Shown: one piece after another, positions 21,457 through 33,601 of the stretch
Position numbering within the stretch: the stretch's first letter is position 1
Layout of the letters: every line of letters starts with the position of its first letter
NCBI RefSeq assembly: GCF_000315625.1
Contig: NW_005434665.1
Span: forward strand, 849,188-904,559
DNA from: Guillardia theta CCMP2712
Taxonomy: Eukaryota; Protista; Cryptophyta
Direction: 5' to 3'
DNA: 55,372 nucleotides
Made by a program: the position numbers and the translations under genes
The notes under the pieces: generated by a model
Told to the model about the DNA's origin: nothing
Database searches by the model: none
What the model saw: the letters and a program-made list of their open reading frames with translations, nothing else

Positions 21457-24400
21457 ATGATGCAGCACGAAGTATCGATATCGAAGGACTTTGAGGACAT
21501 GCCGCCTTCCTTCATCTGTCCCATCACGAATGAGATGATGCGGGATCCTGGTATGTTCTGGTGTTGGAGCATGGCAGTGTGGTGACTTACCTGCAGTTTC
21601 CACGTGTGACGGGCACAGCTATGAAAGGAGCGCGATAGAGGATTGGTTGCAGAAGCACAACACGAGCCCAGTGACGAACCTTCTGCTGGAGAGCACCATC
21701 CTTATCCCCGTGCATGCGCTGAGGAACAGCATCGAGGAATGGTGCCAGAAGAAGGTGAAGTCGGTGCTGAAGCTGTCTGACTTGAAGATGGACGAGATTG
21801 CTCTCCATTCTAACTCCACCAAGGAGATCTTTCGAGCGGAGACCAAGAAGTCTGGGATGCCTTCGAGCGTTGCCGTCTTGAAGCTCTCAAAACACGCAAA
21901 GCTGAAAGAAGCCAACCTCTTCATGAAGATCAGCAATCATCCATCCATCGTCAGCTTCTTCGGCTTGTGCTATGAAGATAACGAACGATACCTTGTGACC
22001 GAGTACTCGGAGCACGGGTCTGTGAATGATGCCATGGAGCGATTTGAGGACGATTTCACCATGCAGCACAAGCTTGTGATAGTCCAGCAGGCATGCAGCG
22101 CGATGTCCTACTTGTCGGACTCGTCTCTGCTCCACGGCAATCTGCAAGCGAGGAATATCTTGTTGTTTGAGTTCGACAAAGAAGATCACTCAAAGCTGGT
22201 TGCCAAGATCTCTGACTGTCTGCACCCCCTGCAGCAGTACGATGATGCAAACTTCGCCTCTGACTACTTGAGGAGGGTACGATACCTTCCGCCGGAGACC
22301 CTGATGAAGAGGAGGTTCACCACCAAGAGTGACGTGTGGGCCTTCGCTGTCACGGCCTGGGAGATCATATCGGGAGGCATGCTTCCGTACTGGGAGCTGG
22401 CGGATGAAGCAGAGGTGAAGCGTAAGGTGTCGCAGGGCTACCGACTTGCGAGGCCGCAAGAGCTTGACAACCACTGGGAGCAGCTCTGGAAGACCCTGAG
22501 AGACTGCTGGGATACAAACCCCAAGGCCCGTCCTTCTTTTCAGGACATCCTGTCGTCGGTGTCTGCAGAGGAGGGCGCTGCAGCTGCAGCTACTGTACCT
22601 GTTGAGCCAGCCGCGGGTTCAGAGGGGAATCGATCAGGTTCTCCTGAATCGCCTCAGAAGAAGCGGCAGCTGAGTGCGGTCGAGTCATCTGAGGGAGGAG
22701 GAGGCGGGGGTTCGAGTGCTGGGCAGCACCCTGCAAAGATTGCAAGGGCAGCTGAGCATGCAAAGCCGTCGGAGGCGTCCATGGTGGGCAAGATCCCACA
22801 AGACGTGAACTCGAGTTCGAGACCAGGTGGGGACCAGCAGCAGGTGGAGTTCTCGGGGAGAGTCACCTACTTTGCGGGCTCCAAGGAAGCCTTCATGGAG
22901 TCGATAGATGGGAAGGTTCTGGGTTTCATCCCCAGCGCGATATGGCAAAGCCAAAGCCCGACCCTGGGGATCAATGACCTGGTCAAGGCCATGGCGGTCC
23001 CCATGCTGAACAACCCGCAGCAGTACGAGGTTGTCAGGATTGTCGATGTCAGGAAGAGCTCGAGCGAGCAGCCAGTTGTGTCGCCCCTGATCAGGGACAC
23101 TGTCGTGAAGAAGGAGAAGATCGACCCCAGCCCACCAGCTAGCAGCACAACGCTGAGCTCGTTCCTCCACGGGGACAGCACGCAAGCGCAGCAGAGCCGG
23201 AGCCCGTTGGTGAGCAGGCCAGACGATCTTTCATCGTCCTTCTCAGGCCTCGCGCGATCGGCGAAGACAACCAGAGCTGGCGACCAAGTTGATGGGGAGG
23301 TGAAGGAGAGCCCCACCGGGGTGAAGGAGGATGCGTCAAGGCCATCGTCGAAGCCATCTGGTGTCTTGTGCTTCTTGATTGTTTCTTGGAAATGACGAGA
23401 GGATGCAGAGAGCTGGAGGCAGGTCGTTGAAAGTGACGCCTATGATCCCGTGGCAGCGTTTGAAAGCGATCCAAGGGAGGAAGAGAGCAGACGCATGACT
23501 TCGACTCATTCGCGACAGTGAGCCTTCTACCTCGAATCCTTCAAAACCCTCCACTCCCCCCCCACACCTTTCTTCCGCAATCTTGTTTAAACGATTTCCT
23601 CCCTCCAGTTTCTTTCTTTTTCGTGTTTGTTCCTCCCACTCCCGTCGTTCTCCCACTTCTTCCTGCTGATCATGTTCTCAGAAGCCCCCATAGATCTGCC
23701 GCCTCAAATCAGGAGGCGATTGCTCTGGCTCCCGCACCTTCGCCTCCCGTGCAAGACAACGGGATGCATGTGCTGGGCGCCTTTGCGACCTATGGCTGCG
23801 CGAAGGATTACAAGACGGTGGTATCGATGAAGGATGAGGTGGTTGCCATCGCTCGGAGGATCGATGCGGATCAACCGAAGCTGGCGATGGTGATTTTCAA
23901 GGGGCTGGGGGAGGCATACTTCAGCTTGGGGAACTACAGGAACTCCCTCGAGATGCACCACGATCAGCTGAGAATCGCTGACAAGATCGGGGACGATGAG
24001 AACAAGAAGATCGCCTACAAGTGCCTGCACAGGGCGTACGTGCTGCTCAAGGACGTGAAGATGCAGGAGAAGACTCTGAAGAGCCTCCTTGACGTCTGTC
24101 ACACTTGTGTGGATGTTCAGACCGAGATTGACACCTTGAGGGAGCTGGAGGGGCTCTACATCGCGACGAAGGACAGGTTCAACTTGATCGAGACCCTGAG
24201 CAAGCTGCTCAGGATCTACACCGAGACTCAGATGACAGACGCGGCGAAGCGGGTCAGGGCCCACCTGACCTCCCTCATGGCGGAGGTGGAAAGGGAGCTG
24301 GAGAGGACCTCGTCTTCCTCGGAGGACTTCAGCAAGCGCTACCTCGACTACGGGAACATTCTCCATGCGCTGGGTAAGTTCGATCAGGCCGTGGATATCT

Positions 24401-26169
24401 ACAGGAAGTTTGTCCGGTCGGATCAGGGTGGAAAAGCCTCGAGCAAGGAGCCGATGGCGCAAGAGCAGCCCCGATCATGGGACAAGCAGGAGAGAAAGGG
24501 GAGACCGGACTCAAGCTCTGGAAGCAGCAGCAAGAGGCCCTACGAATCCAGCGATGGAGTTCACGACGACGGCGATCGGCATAAGAAGAGGGACCTTCCC
24601 TCTCTGCGATTTACCGGGAGTATCCTGACCATCCTAAACTCCAGCGCCATCCTGGAGTCGGAGTACGATTCTAGCAAGATCGAGGTTCCGTACGACCTCT
24701 TCAAGCAGAGCAAGACCTACGTCAGGATCGGTTCGAAGCTGACGGTTGAGGCGCGGAGGTGTCCTCCCAACGAGACGGAAGCGACTTACCTGGCGACTGC
24801 CATCGTCAATGATGGCGCGGGAGCAGCGGATAGTGGACACGGGAGCAAGCAGAACCCTGGGCCGTCGGGAGGAGGCGACAGGAGTCCGTTAGGAGAAAAG
24901 TCGTACGAGGTTGGCGTCACGATTGAAGTTGTGAGGGAAGGGATCAAGAAGATGTTCGCCGTCCGATCGATCGTGCGAGGAAGCACCGCAGACATGCAGG
25001 GGCTGCTCGTTGGTGACGTCATCATCAGCATCGACAACACGCCATGCGCTGGGATGAGCTTCGAGCAGGTCGAGTCGAGGCTGCGCGGGCCCAAGGACTC
25101 GGTGGTGAGGCTCAAGTACGAGAGGCAGAGGTCGCGCAACCAGGACTACGTCTCCGTCGGCTTCGTGTCGCTCTGCTGTACCATCCCCGTCTCCCACGTC
25201 TCCCAGAGCAGCTCCTTGTCCTCGGAGGCGAAGAGAGCCTTTCGCATCCTCAAGGAGTCGCTGGAGAACTTGCAGGACCGAGCGACGAAGCTGAATGTGA
25301 GTGAGGTGACGGATTGATCGCTTCCTGACCTGGCGGCCAGAACTGGCTGGATTGGGCGTTCTCTGTCGAGGGAAAGTTTGCCGGCCCCATTGCAGCCCGA
25401 CACATCAAGGCGGAGCTGAGCTCTCGGCTGGTGGCGATGGGGAAGGGTTCCTTCTCGGAGAAGGTGAGAGGAGAAAGGGGAGGAGGGTGGACGAGCACGA
25501 GCACGAGCACGAGGAGCTGAGGGGACTGATGAAGGAGCTGAGGGGGCGAGCAGTTCAAAGTGGAGAGGGGGTGATGGATGAGGGAGTGTTTGTTTCCTGC
25601 ATGCCGAAATTTTACGATCTACAGGACCTTGGCTACTCTCGTTTCTCGGATTTTCTACAAGATGCCATGGATCACGGTAAGTTGCTGCCGATGTCTCGCA
25701 TCCTACTGTCTTCTTCCTTCCTTTTTGCCTTGTCTCCTCCCCTCTCCTGTTTTCTCCTCTCCTCTACTCCTGTGTCCTCTCCCCTCTCCTCTCCTCTCCG
25801 CTCCTTATCTTCCCTCCTCTTGTCCTCTCCTCCCCTACCCTCCCCTACCCTCTCCTCTCGTCTGCTCTCGTCTCGTCTCGTCTCGTCTCGTCTCCTCTCC
25901 TCTCCTCATGTCTTGGTCGCCTTGCAGGAGTGGTGACCATCATCTGGGTGGAGAACAAGGTCTGGGTTGACACCTTCGGGTCAAAGTTCGTGGCCCCGAA
26001 GCTGGTCAAGAAGGTGGAGGCGAAGAACATCTGCCGTCACTGGCAGAGAGGCTACTGCAAGGACGGGGCCATTTGCCCATACATTCACAATGAGAGCTGC
26101 AAGCTCTGGCTCAGATACGGCCACTGCCCCCGGGGCTCCAAGTGCTCCCTGCTGCACATGTACACATGA
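21457..26169 (+). CDS. Multidomain protein: U-box, tyrosine-kinase-like pseudokinase, OB/CSD-like, TPR, OB/CSD-like, PDZ, LOTUS/OST-HTH, 2x CCCH zinc finger
   Basis: U-box PPSFICPITNEMMRDP|VSTCDGHSYERSAIEDWLQKHNTSPVTN (intron 21551-21596). Kinase HPSIVSFFG...HGNLQARNILL...KISD...RYLPPE...KSDVWAF. TPR LGEAYFSLGNYRNSLEMH. PDZ VGVTI...GLLVGDVIISID...LRGPKDSVVRL. LOTUS FSEK|DLGYSRFSDFL. CRHWQRGYCKDGAICPYIH and CKLWLRYGHCPRGSKCSLLH*. The junction at 23360-23690 is inferred. Confidence 0.8.
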
Positions 26170-26286
26170 GGGGGCGAGAGGAGGGGGCGACATGGGAGGG
26201 ACGAGGAGGGGTTCGGAGGGTTTTTGTAACATATCAGTGAATGAGTTAAGTATGATAACGGGAGCGGAGCGTTCATGGCAATCTCA

Positions 26287-27935
26287 TCAGAGCTCTCTCC
26301 CCGCCCGCCTGCCCCCCTCCTGATACTCGCTGATGACGTTGGTGCAGTGCTGCATCCAGTCCACTAGCTCCTTCCAGAGGCTCTCTATCACCTCCCGCCA
26401 GTCCACCTGAGGATACGCCATCATGATCGCCCTCCGTAGAACCTGCAAGACCGTCAGGCTCGCTGGCGCCTTCCCCCGCCCTCGTCCTACCAAGACGAAG
26501 ATGCAGCTGAGGAGGAAGCGGATGACGGAGTTGAGGAAAAGCTCGTCCTCCGAGGGAGGAGGCACGTTGTGCCCCTCGACCCTCGTCAGTCGCTGCCTGT
26601 GCGTCCTCACCGCCCGTGGCACCTCTGCCCGAGCTGGAGCTCTCCCCTGCAGGCCCCTCAGCTCAGCCCTGCGCGCAAGCCCTCTGCTCACCATCGTGTG
26701 CTGCGGAGGACGAGCTTCGTTCCTCTGCACGCCAGTCCGCTGGACGGCAGCTGGGCTACTCGAGGCTGGAGGGGCCACAGCTGGGATGACAAGTCAGGCA
26801 GTCGAGCAGCTGGCGATCAGCTCACCTGCGCTCTCAGCAGCAGGAGTGACGCAACTTCCTCCCTCCTCCCCCGCTGACTCGCCATGTCGAGCTCCATCGC
26901 GGCCCCCCATGCCCGCAGCGCTCGGGGCTCCCTCCTGGCGAACAGCTGAAGGTGCTGCTGGGCCTTCTTGAGCCTCCCTCCCCTCCTGCACGCTCGGGGT
27001 GGCTGCTGGGGCAGCAGCAGCAGCACTCGCCGCGCCCCTGCCTCCTGCCGCGGCAGGGGAGGAGCCAGCTGGGGAAGTGTGGGCTCGTTGCAAGAAGTCT
27101 TGGAAGGCTTCCAGCATCCTGTTGGGCGTTAGCTGAGCGATAGGAGCGATAGGGGGATCGCTCACCCGTGGGTGCGGAGGGAGGCGGCCGAGTTCTCCTT
27201 GGATTTCTCCGCTAGCTTTCTGAGCAGCCGATCAGCCCGCACTCTCCTGTCTCTCCCCCTCACCTCCTCTCCTCGTCGCTGTAGTCGAGAGCCGCGATGG
27301 CTCCGTTCCCCGGAGTCGGCATGAAGCTCTGGATGGCAGTGAGGGCTGCAGTGGAGACGCGTCAGACGAGTCCAGCACCAGTCCAGCTGAACACTAGCTG
27401 ACGGACCTGTACGGATATCCCAACCAGGCTGCCATAGCTCGGGGTGGTGCTGGGAGATGCTGAGGCAGATCTTCTTGCCGACCTCGAACCTCCCCTGAGG
27501 GCACAGGAACATGAACTCTGGAGGCTTGTGGGGGTACTGAGGACGGGAAATCTATCAGCGTCTTTTGAAACTGACAGGGCAGCATCGAAACTCTCACGCT
27601 CGCTTTCAAAGCACACCTCATCGCGACACAGCAACCAGCACATCAGTCAGGGAGCAAACGTCACCTGCGACGGTAGGATGATCCTGCCATGGTAGAGCCC
27701 TCCAGCGAACGGAGTGTCGGAAGGTCCTCGCAGCACAAAGTGCCAGTCGAACAAGTTCTCCTCGACCGGGTGAGCTTCAAAATCGTCGGACGGGTCCGCT
27801 TGCTGATCGTTACATGCACCCAAGTAAGCGGTGCAGCTGAGGAGGTAAAGGGAGCTTAGGGGGTCTCACCAGTTTCTTCAATTCACTCAGAATCCTACGA
27901 ATAGCAGGATTGTTTGTGTTAAGCTGTGAAGACAT
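26287..27935 (-). CDS. UBE2J1: ER-anchored ubiquitin-conjugating enzyme, Ubc6/UBE2J1 class (multi-exon)
   Basis: MSSQLNTNNPAIRRILSELKKL, AHPVEENLFDWHFVLRGPSDTPFAGGLYHGRIILP, YPHKPPEFMFLCPQGRFEVGKKICLSISQHHPELWQPGWDIRT, FMPTPGNGAIAALDY; C-terminal TM VIRFLLSCIFVLV. Confidence 0.92.
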
Positions 27936-28529
27936 TCTTCCTTCCTGCCGCAAGCCAGCAGATACCCCTCACTCTCTTATCTCTTATGTTCCGATCTGCC
28001 AACGCTGGTGTCAATCAATAGTCCAAAGCACAATATTTACTGCTGTCGACAGGGGAGAAAGAAAACAACATCTCAAGCAAAGCTATCAGAGAGTGTTGTT
28101 CTTTATCATAGCATGACTTCTACTTGACTAGCAATGCATAAAATCAAAGCATCTATTTCTATGCCCCGCTGCAAAATTCTACAACCTTTCCTGTTCTCAT
28201 ATCCTCACCATTCACTTCTTCGTCCTTCTCTCTTTGCTTCGTTTAAATCCTTAGATACAAATATCTGCTTCTTTCGTTCTGAATTCTCTTACACACTTTC
28301 TATTTTTGATGTAGCATAGGCGTTCCTTCCAGCCAACCATCCACCACCTCCACTCACAGATTCCTCTCTACTTCTCTTCTTCTGATCTCTCTTCTTCTCC
28401 ATCTCCTCTCTTCTCGTTCTTCTCCTTCTCTACATCATGTTTTCCTTCTCTTCTCCTCTACTCTCGCATCTTCAACTACCTACCTCCTCCCTTCCCTTTT
28501 CTCCTCCCATGTCACCTTCTTACGATCGT

Positions 28530-28692
28530 CTCCACCCCACCCCCCCAAATCCAGCGGAGTACCCCATCACCCGCCCTAAGGAATTCAACCTACCCCCACC
28601 CATATATTTTCCCCAAACATACCCCCTTCTAAAAATTTACCTACCCCTGATTTTCTATGACAATACTACCCCCCCCGACCTGCCCCCACCCG
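28530..28692. promoter_or_regulatory. TACCCC-rich tract in a divergent intergenic region
   Basis: About 6 tacccc-type motifs on the + strand, between a CT-rich block and a GA-rich block. Confidence 0.4.
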
Positions 28693-28978
28693 TTTGCTGG
28701 CCGTTGGATCGCAATGGTGGAAGGCGACGGGAGGAGGAGAAGCGCATGGAACAGGACGGGTGAGACGAAGAGGAGGAGAGAGGAGAAGGATGAGTATAAG
28801 AAACGTGATCATGATGAGATGAGATCGTAAGCAGAGTTGCTGAAAGATGATTGGTGAGCTGTGTATGTTATGATCGAGTCAAATTGGTGTCGATGGAAGG
28901 TAGATTATCGTCGGGAACGACAACCAAAGCGCGCTCAAGATCCGTAAAGATGCAGAATGAGATCGTTGACGAGGATCC

Positions 28979-31368
28979 ATGAAACTAGCAGCAACGAATG
29001 CTATGTTCACGACCGGTGGAGAGAACGGAGCGATTAGAGCAGGCGTTACGATCGTTTTGTTCTATCTCTGCTGTGATAATGTTATTAGACATCCTGATGA
29101 TACGTGTGTTGTGACCACTTGCATTCTTCACTGCCTTACACTGAACATCTCCTCCAGGCTCGTCATTGTATGCAACGTCGTCGAGGCAGTCTCTCACCGC
29201 AAGCGCATGCCTCATGGTGCGTTCCCAACCTCCACATTATCGGCCCGTGCGCTTCTCCGTCTCACCCATCCACCATGCAGAGGCTGAGGGATAACGTCAT
29301 GAAGACAGACGACGTGGGGAGCAAAGAGGTCAAAAGCAACCCCAGCACGAGGAGATGCGGCATGAGAGGCTGACTTCTGTAGCAGGTTGGGGGAAGGACG
29401 AAGAGTAAGAGAGAAGATCCGGGGTAAGTTTGTCGATCTCAGCCTCGTCATTCCTTGATGATTGTTTGCTGCAGCTCTCTTGACACAGACGAGGGCGAGA
29501 ACAAAGTTAGGAAGTCCTACAACGTCGTCCTCCAGGCAGGCTTGCAGTAGCGGCGTATCGTCCCAGCCTGACGATCTGATTGGCAGTTGGCCGATGCAAC
29601 TAGAATGACAGGATCGAAGACGGTGACCAAAGAGTCCGTTTCTTGCATACCCTTGACCTCTTCCGCAGGAGTTGGACCCCAACGATGTCCCAGCGTGGAG
29701 AACGAAGATGTGTCAAAACCGAATGTCTATCCTGGAGGTGAATGAAATGTTGCTCGATCCTCCCGCTTTCTTGAGGCTGATCTCGCAACTCCGCGATCAG
29801 GGGGAGAAACACAAGCTGGAGCTCAAGAAGCGCCTGGTCACAGCTGAGATAGAAAGGAAGACGGTGAGTTCTCCCCTTCGTGCAAAGTTTGAGCCCTTCT
29901 AATCCTGGACGCGAAAGGCGCTGAGGAATCGAGCAGCAGAGGACCTCTCAGGGAAGATGAAGGAGGTGGAGTATGTGGAGACGTAAGCTTGCTTCATGGA
30001 GGGAGAGAAGGGATCTTTGATGTGCACGCGTTTCGCAGCCAGATCAAGGAGTTTCGGAACATGCTGCAAGATCGAGAGAAAGTGGTAAGTTCGACATGGT
30101 CGGCGTTATCGGCCCTGTTGACTCTCGCTTGAAGGTGGCTGAGCATACAGCTGCTCAGAAGGAGGCGGTTCTTGCGGACACTAGAGAAATCGGAATGATG
30201 GTAGGGCAGGATACTCCACTCCGTCCTCCTCCTGCTCTCCTCCTCCTCAACCACCTCCTGCTCCCACTCCCACTCCCACTCCCACTCCCACTCCCACTCC
30301 CACTCCACTCCCACTCCCGCATTTTCGTTCCCTCCTTCTGCTTCTACTCCAGGATCTGCCTGCTCCGTTACATCTCCCTCGTCTCCTTCCTTCTTCCTCT
30401 GCATGGTTTGACAAGGATGGTCAGATGCGCAGTGCACAGTCAGCACGGGAGCGGAATGTTTCAACGTTCGCTGCGTTCGACCTTGCGGTGATGCTGGTCA
30501 TCCTACCGAGCTCATCCTCTGAGACCGTCGCAGGAGCGGACGAGGAGGAACCACGAGGCTACGAGGACGCAGACTCTGAACATCAGGAGCCTGTTCTCCT
30601 CCATCGGTTTGTAGTCTTGCTTTCGTGTTGGGCCAAGTTGGTGACGTAGCGACCGGGCAGCGGCCGAGAAGATCTCCAATGGGATAACAATGCGCCATGA
30701 AAGGTTGCAGGAGCGTTGAAGCTATCCTTTCCTCTAATTGTCGACAACAGAAAGAAGAACATGGAAACCATCGAGGCCCTCAACAAGGTATCTTTCCCAC
30801 CTCCTCCCTGCCCCACGGATCTCAACAGCGTTCCAGGCTGAGCTGGCCAGGCTGCAGGGGTTGAACGAGACGGTCAAGAGGGAGCAGGTCGATCCAGCTC
30901 CCATGGGAAGGAGCAAGTCTGACTTGAGTGTTGTGCAGGAGCTATCCGCCAAGAGGCTAAAGGAGAAGGTGATACCCTGCCTGTGCTGAGCCAGAGGGAT
31001 GACAAGTCTATGCAGATCGACCTGACGCAGAGGAAGAGGACGGAGGAGGTGGAGTCGCCGCGCGTGCTCCGCGCTCCCACTCAGTGACACTGTCCTTGTA
31101 GTACCTTGCGAACAGGACTGCTCAGTTTAACGAGTTCAAGAAGGCAGCCATGGTGAAACTTGGGCAGGAGATGCTCTCCTTGATCTCACTGTTGCTGATG
31201 TTGCAGGTGACATCGGACATGCAAGATAAGGCAGCGAAGATCGTAGAGGAGCTGAGAGAAACCTTCGAGGTGATGCGCGACCTGCTGTTGCGTCATCGTT
31301 GCTCTCTTGCTTGACAGGATTTCTTGCAGAACACAAGAGATCTCGAGAGAAAACTGAGAAAAATATGA
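28979..31368 (+). CDS. Uncharacterised multi-exon coiled-coil protein
   Basis: Chain of short exons with GT-AG borders (e.g. ELDPNDVPAWRTKMCQNRMSILEVNEMLLDPPAFLRLISQLRDQGEKHKLELKKRL; QIKEFRNMLQDREK; last exon DFLQNTRDLERKLRKI*). Start uncertain. Confidence 0.5.
30261..30318. repeat. (CCCACT)n intronic microsatellite
   Basis: About 9 hexamer copies. Confidence 0.85.
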
Positions 31369-31995
31369 AGAGTGAGAAGATCAACCAATAGACAAAATGC
31401 TTAGTCTCTGTACAACATCGCCCTCTCTTGATTCCCCTTCCCTATACCCTCTCTCTCTCTCCTCCTCTCCCCTCGTGTTCTCCTCTCCTCTCCTCTCCCC
31501 TCGTCTCCTCTCCTCTCCTCTCCTCTTGCATGTCAAGCTCTCATCGGAGCCTCATCGCGCCTGCAGCTTTTGTAATAAAGTTACTCAGAGCTCTCTTTCC
31601 CTATGTTTCGTGGGTAACATAGCTAAAATAGCTTAAACTCGCCTCCGCCTCAGATTTCAATTATTGTTTTTTAGAGGACAGCAATTGCAATTAATGCAAC
31701 GACATTTCAGCAGTCTAATTCGGGTGGGGCAGCTTTCACTACCCTGACGACATTTCGCGTCAAATGCTCGTTTAACGCCTCTGCCATCTGCTCCGCATCC
31801 TCGTCCTCCCCACACCCTCCCATCCTCCTCGTCCTCCCTCCTTCCCTCCCTCCTCCTCCTCGTCTCCTCCTCGTCTGACTACTTACTTCTCCTCTCTCCT
31901 TCGTTGCTCCCCTCCTCCTCTCTCTTCCATTTTCCTTCGTCACCATCATTCCTCTTGCCCACCTGCGTTCACTTGCTCCTCGCCCGGGTCCAGCT

Positions 31996-33358
31996 ATGAG
32001 GCTCCTTTCCTGTCTCTTGCTCTTGATAATCGCAGGATCTGCTGCAGAGCAAACATGCTGCGGTCAGAACACAGCCATCGTGCTATCTTTGGAAGTAGCC
32101 CTGACGAGTGAGACCAACGTGCGGAGAGATCAGATGGTTGAGATTACCAAGAGCGCCATCGCCGGGGCACCTGTCCCCCTGCAAGTTGACGGACTGCAAG
32201 ACTTCAACGACACTTGTGGGCAGAGCGGGCAGCAGACCATCGGGCTGACAGTCCCCTGCATCCAGATCTTCTTTGCAATCAAAGTGACGTCGGTAGAGGA
32301 CGGCCTCTTGCTGATAGACTACATCCAAAACTCCGTGGGGAACCTGCAGGACAATCATGGCGTCTTCACTCTTGTTCCTAACAACATGCAGAGGTTCTGT
32401 GAGGGCTACTCCCAGCCTTCGGGTTGTGTTGTGTCTGAGCAGGTCAAGTCTAGCAAGCTGCTAGAGATCGCAGGCCACTTGAACGCCAGCAACCTCTTCC
32501 TTGTCAACGGCCAGCCGGTCGAGAGCGAAGGTGTCAGTGCGAGGATCTTCGATCTTGAGATGGTCAACTCGCTCAACTCCTCCATCTCGTCCTGCATCGC
32601 CAAGGTTGCGAACCCGACCAACGTCCTCAACTGCACAGAGTCTTTCTCCTCGGACTCGCTGAGAGTGTTCCGTCTCGAGGGATCCAAGGTCCTGGCCCGA
32701 TACTACCTGTGGGGGGTCAGCGAAGCTGCTTCCTGCTCCCTGCAGGTGAAGGGTCTCTCCTTCAGCTTGGAGGATGTTGTTCTCGCTGTCCCGCAGCTCT
32801 CGACGAACAAAGTCTGTTTTTTTCAGCCGTACGAGATGTTCGTGCAAAGAGCGAATCTGAGCACGTTCCTCGACAATTTCGGGGGGATCCTGGTGAGAGC
32901 TGAGGACCTTGCTAGCTCTCCGTGACTTCTCCTTCCGCAGACCGACAGCCTGTTCACCTTGGCCTCGCTGCCCAAGGACCTTCAGCTCCAAGTGACGGAC
33001 ATCGAGCACTGGCCAGGGTACAGCAACAACATGCTCGATCCTGTGCTCTGGAAGGAGCCAGGCATCTCCGTGAAGCTTCTCATCCCCCTCAACTCTCAGG
33101 TCACACTGGGCGAGATGCTTGTGTTTCATTGAGGTTTGACAGGGTGACAACGCCACTGCTCTCAGCGCTCTGTCGGAGAACGTGGGGCACATGGCTGTTG
33201 CCGTTGCGGTGAGATTAGGTGAAGAGAGGGACTAGGAGTTTGACATGGAGCTGCAGGACATGGTGGTCAATTTCTACGACCAGAGCTACGTTCAAGACTG
33301 TCTTTTAATCAAAGGGAATCAGAAATGTGTCCCGAAAAATTATACTTGCTCGTCATAG
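31996..33358 (+). CDS. Uncharacterised secreted Cys-containing glycoprotein
   Basis: Signal peptide MRLLSCLLLLIIAGSAA, a ~900-nt first exon, several N-x-S/T sequons, last exon DMVVNFYDQSYVQDCLLIKGNQKCVPKNYTCSS*. Confidence 0.65.
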
Positions 33359-33601
33359 ATGCTGTCCCAACTGATGCTTCCTCATTGCATGCGAGCCCAA
33401 CTTCTGAACCACGAGGGCCTTCCTCTCCTCCCACACGCGAAACGAATCTTCGCTAAGAGCCTGCGAGAGCATCTCCTCTACCCGCAGCTCGTCGCATCAT
33501 CCGATCCCGTAAAGGGAGGGAGCATGAGGAGGCGGTGCGGGAGGGTGACGGGAGGGGGAAGGTGCCAGCGACGCTCTTGTCTAGCAGACGATCCTCAGTC
33601 C

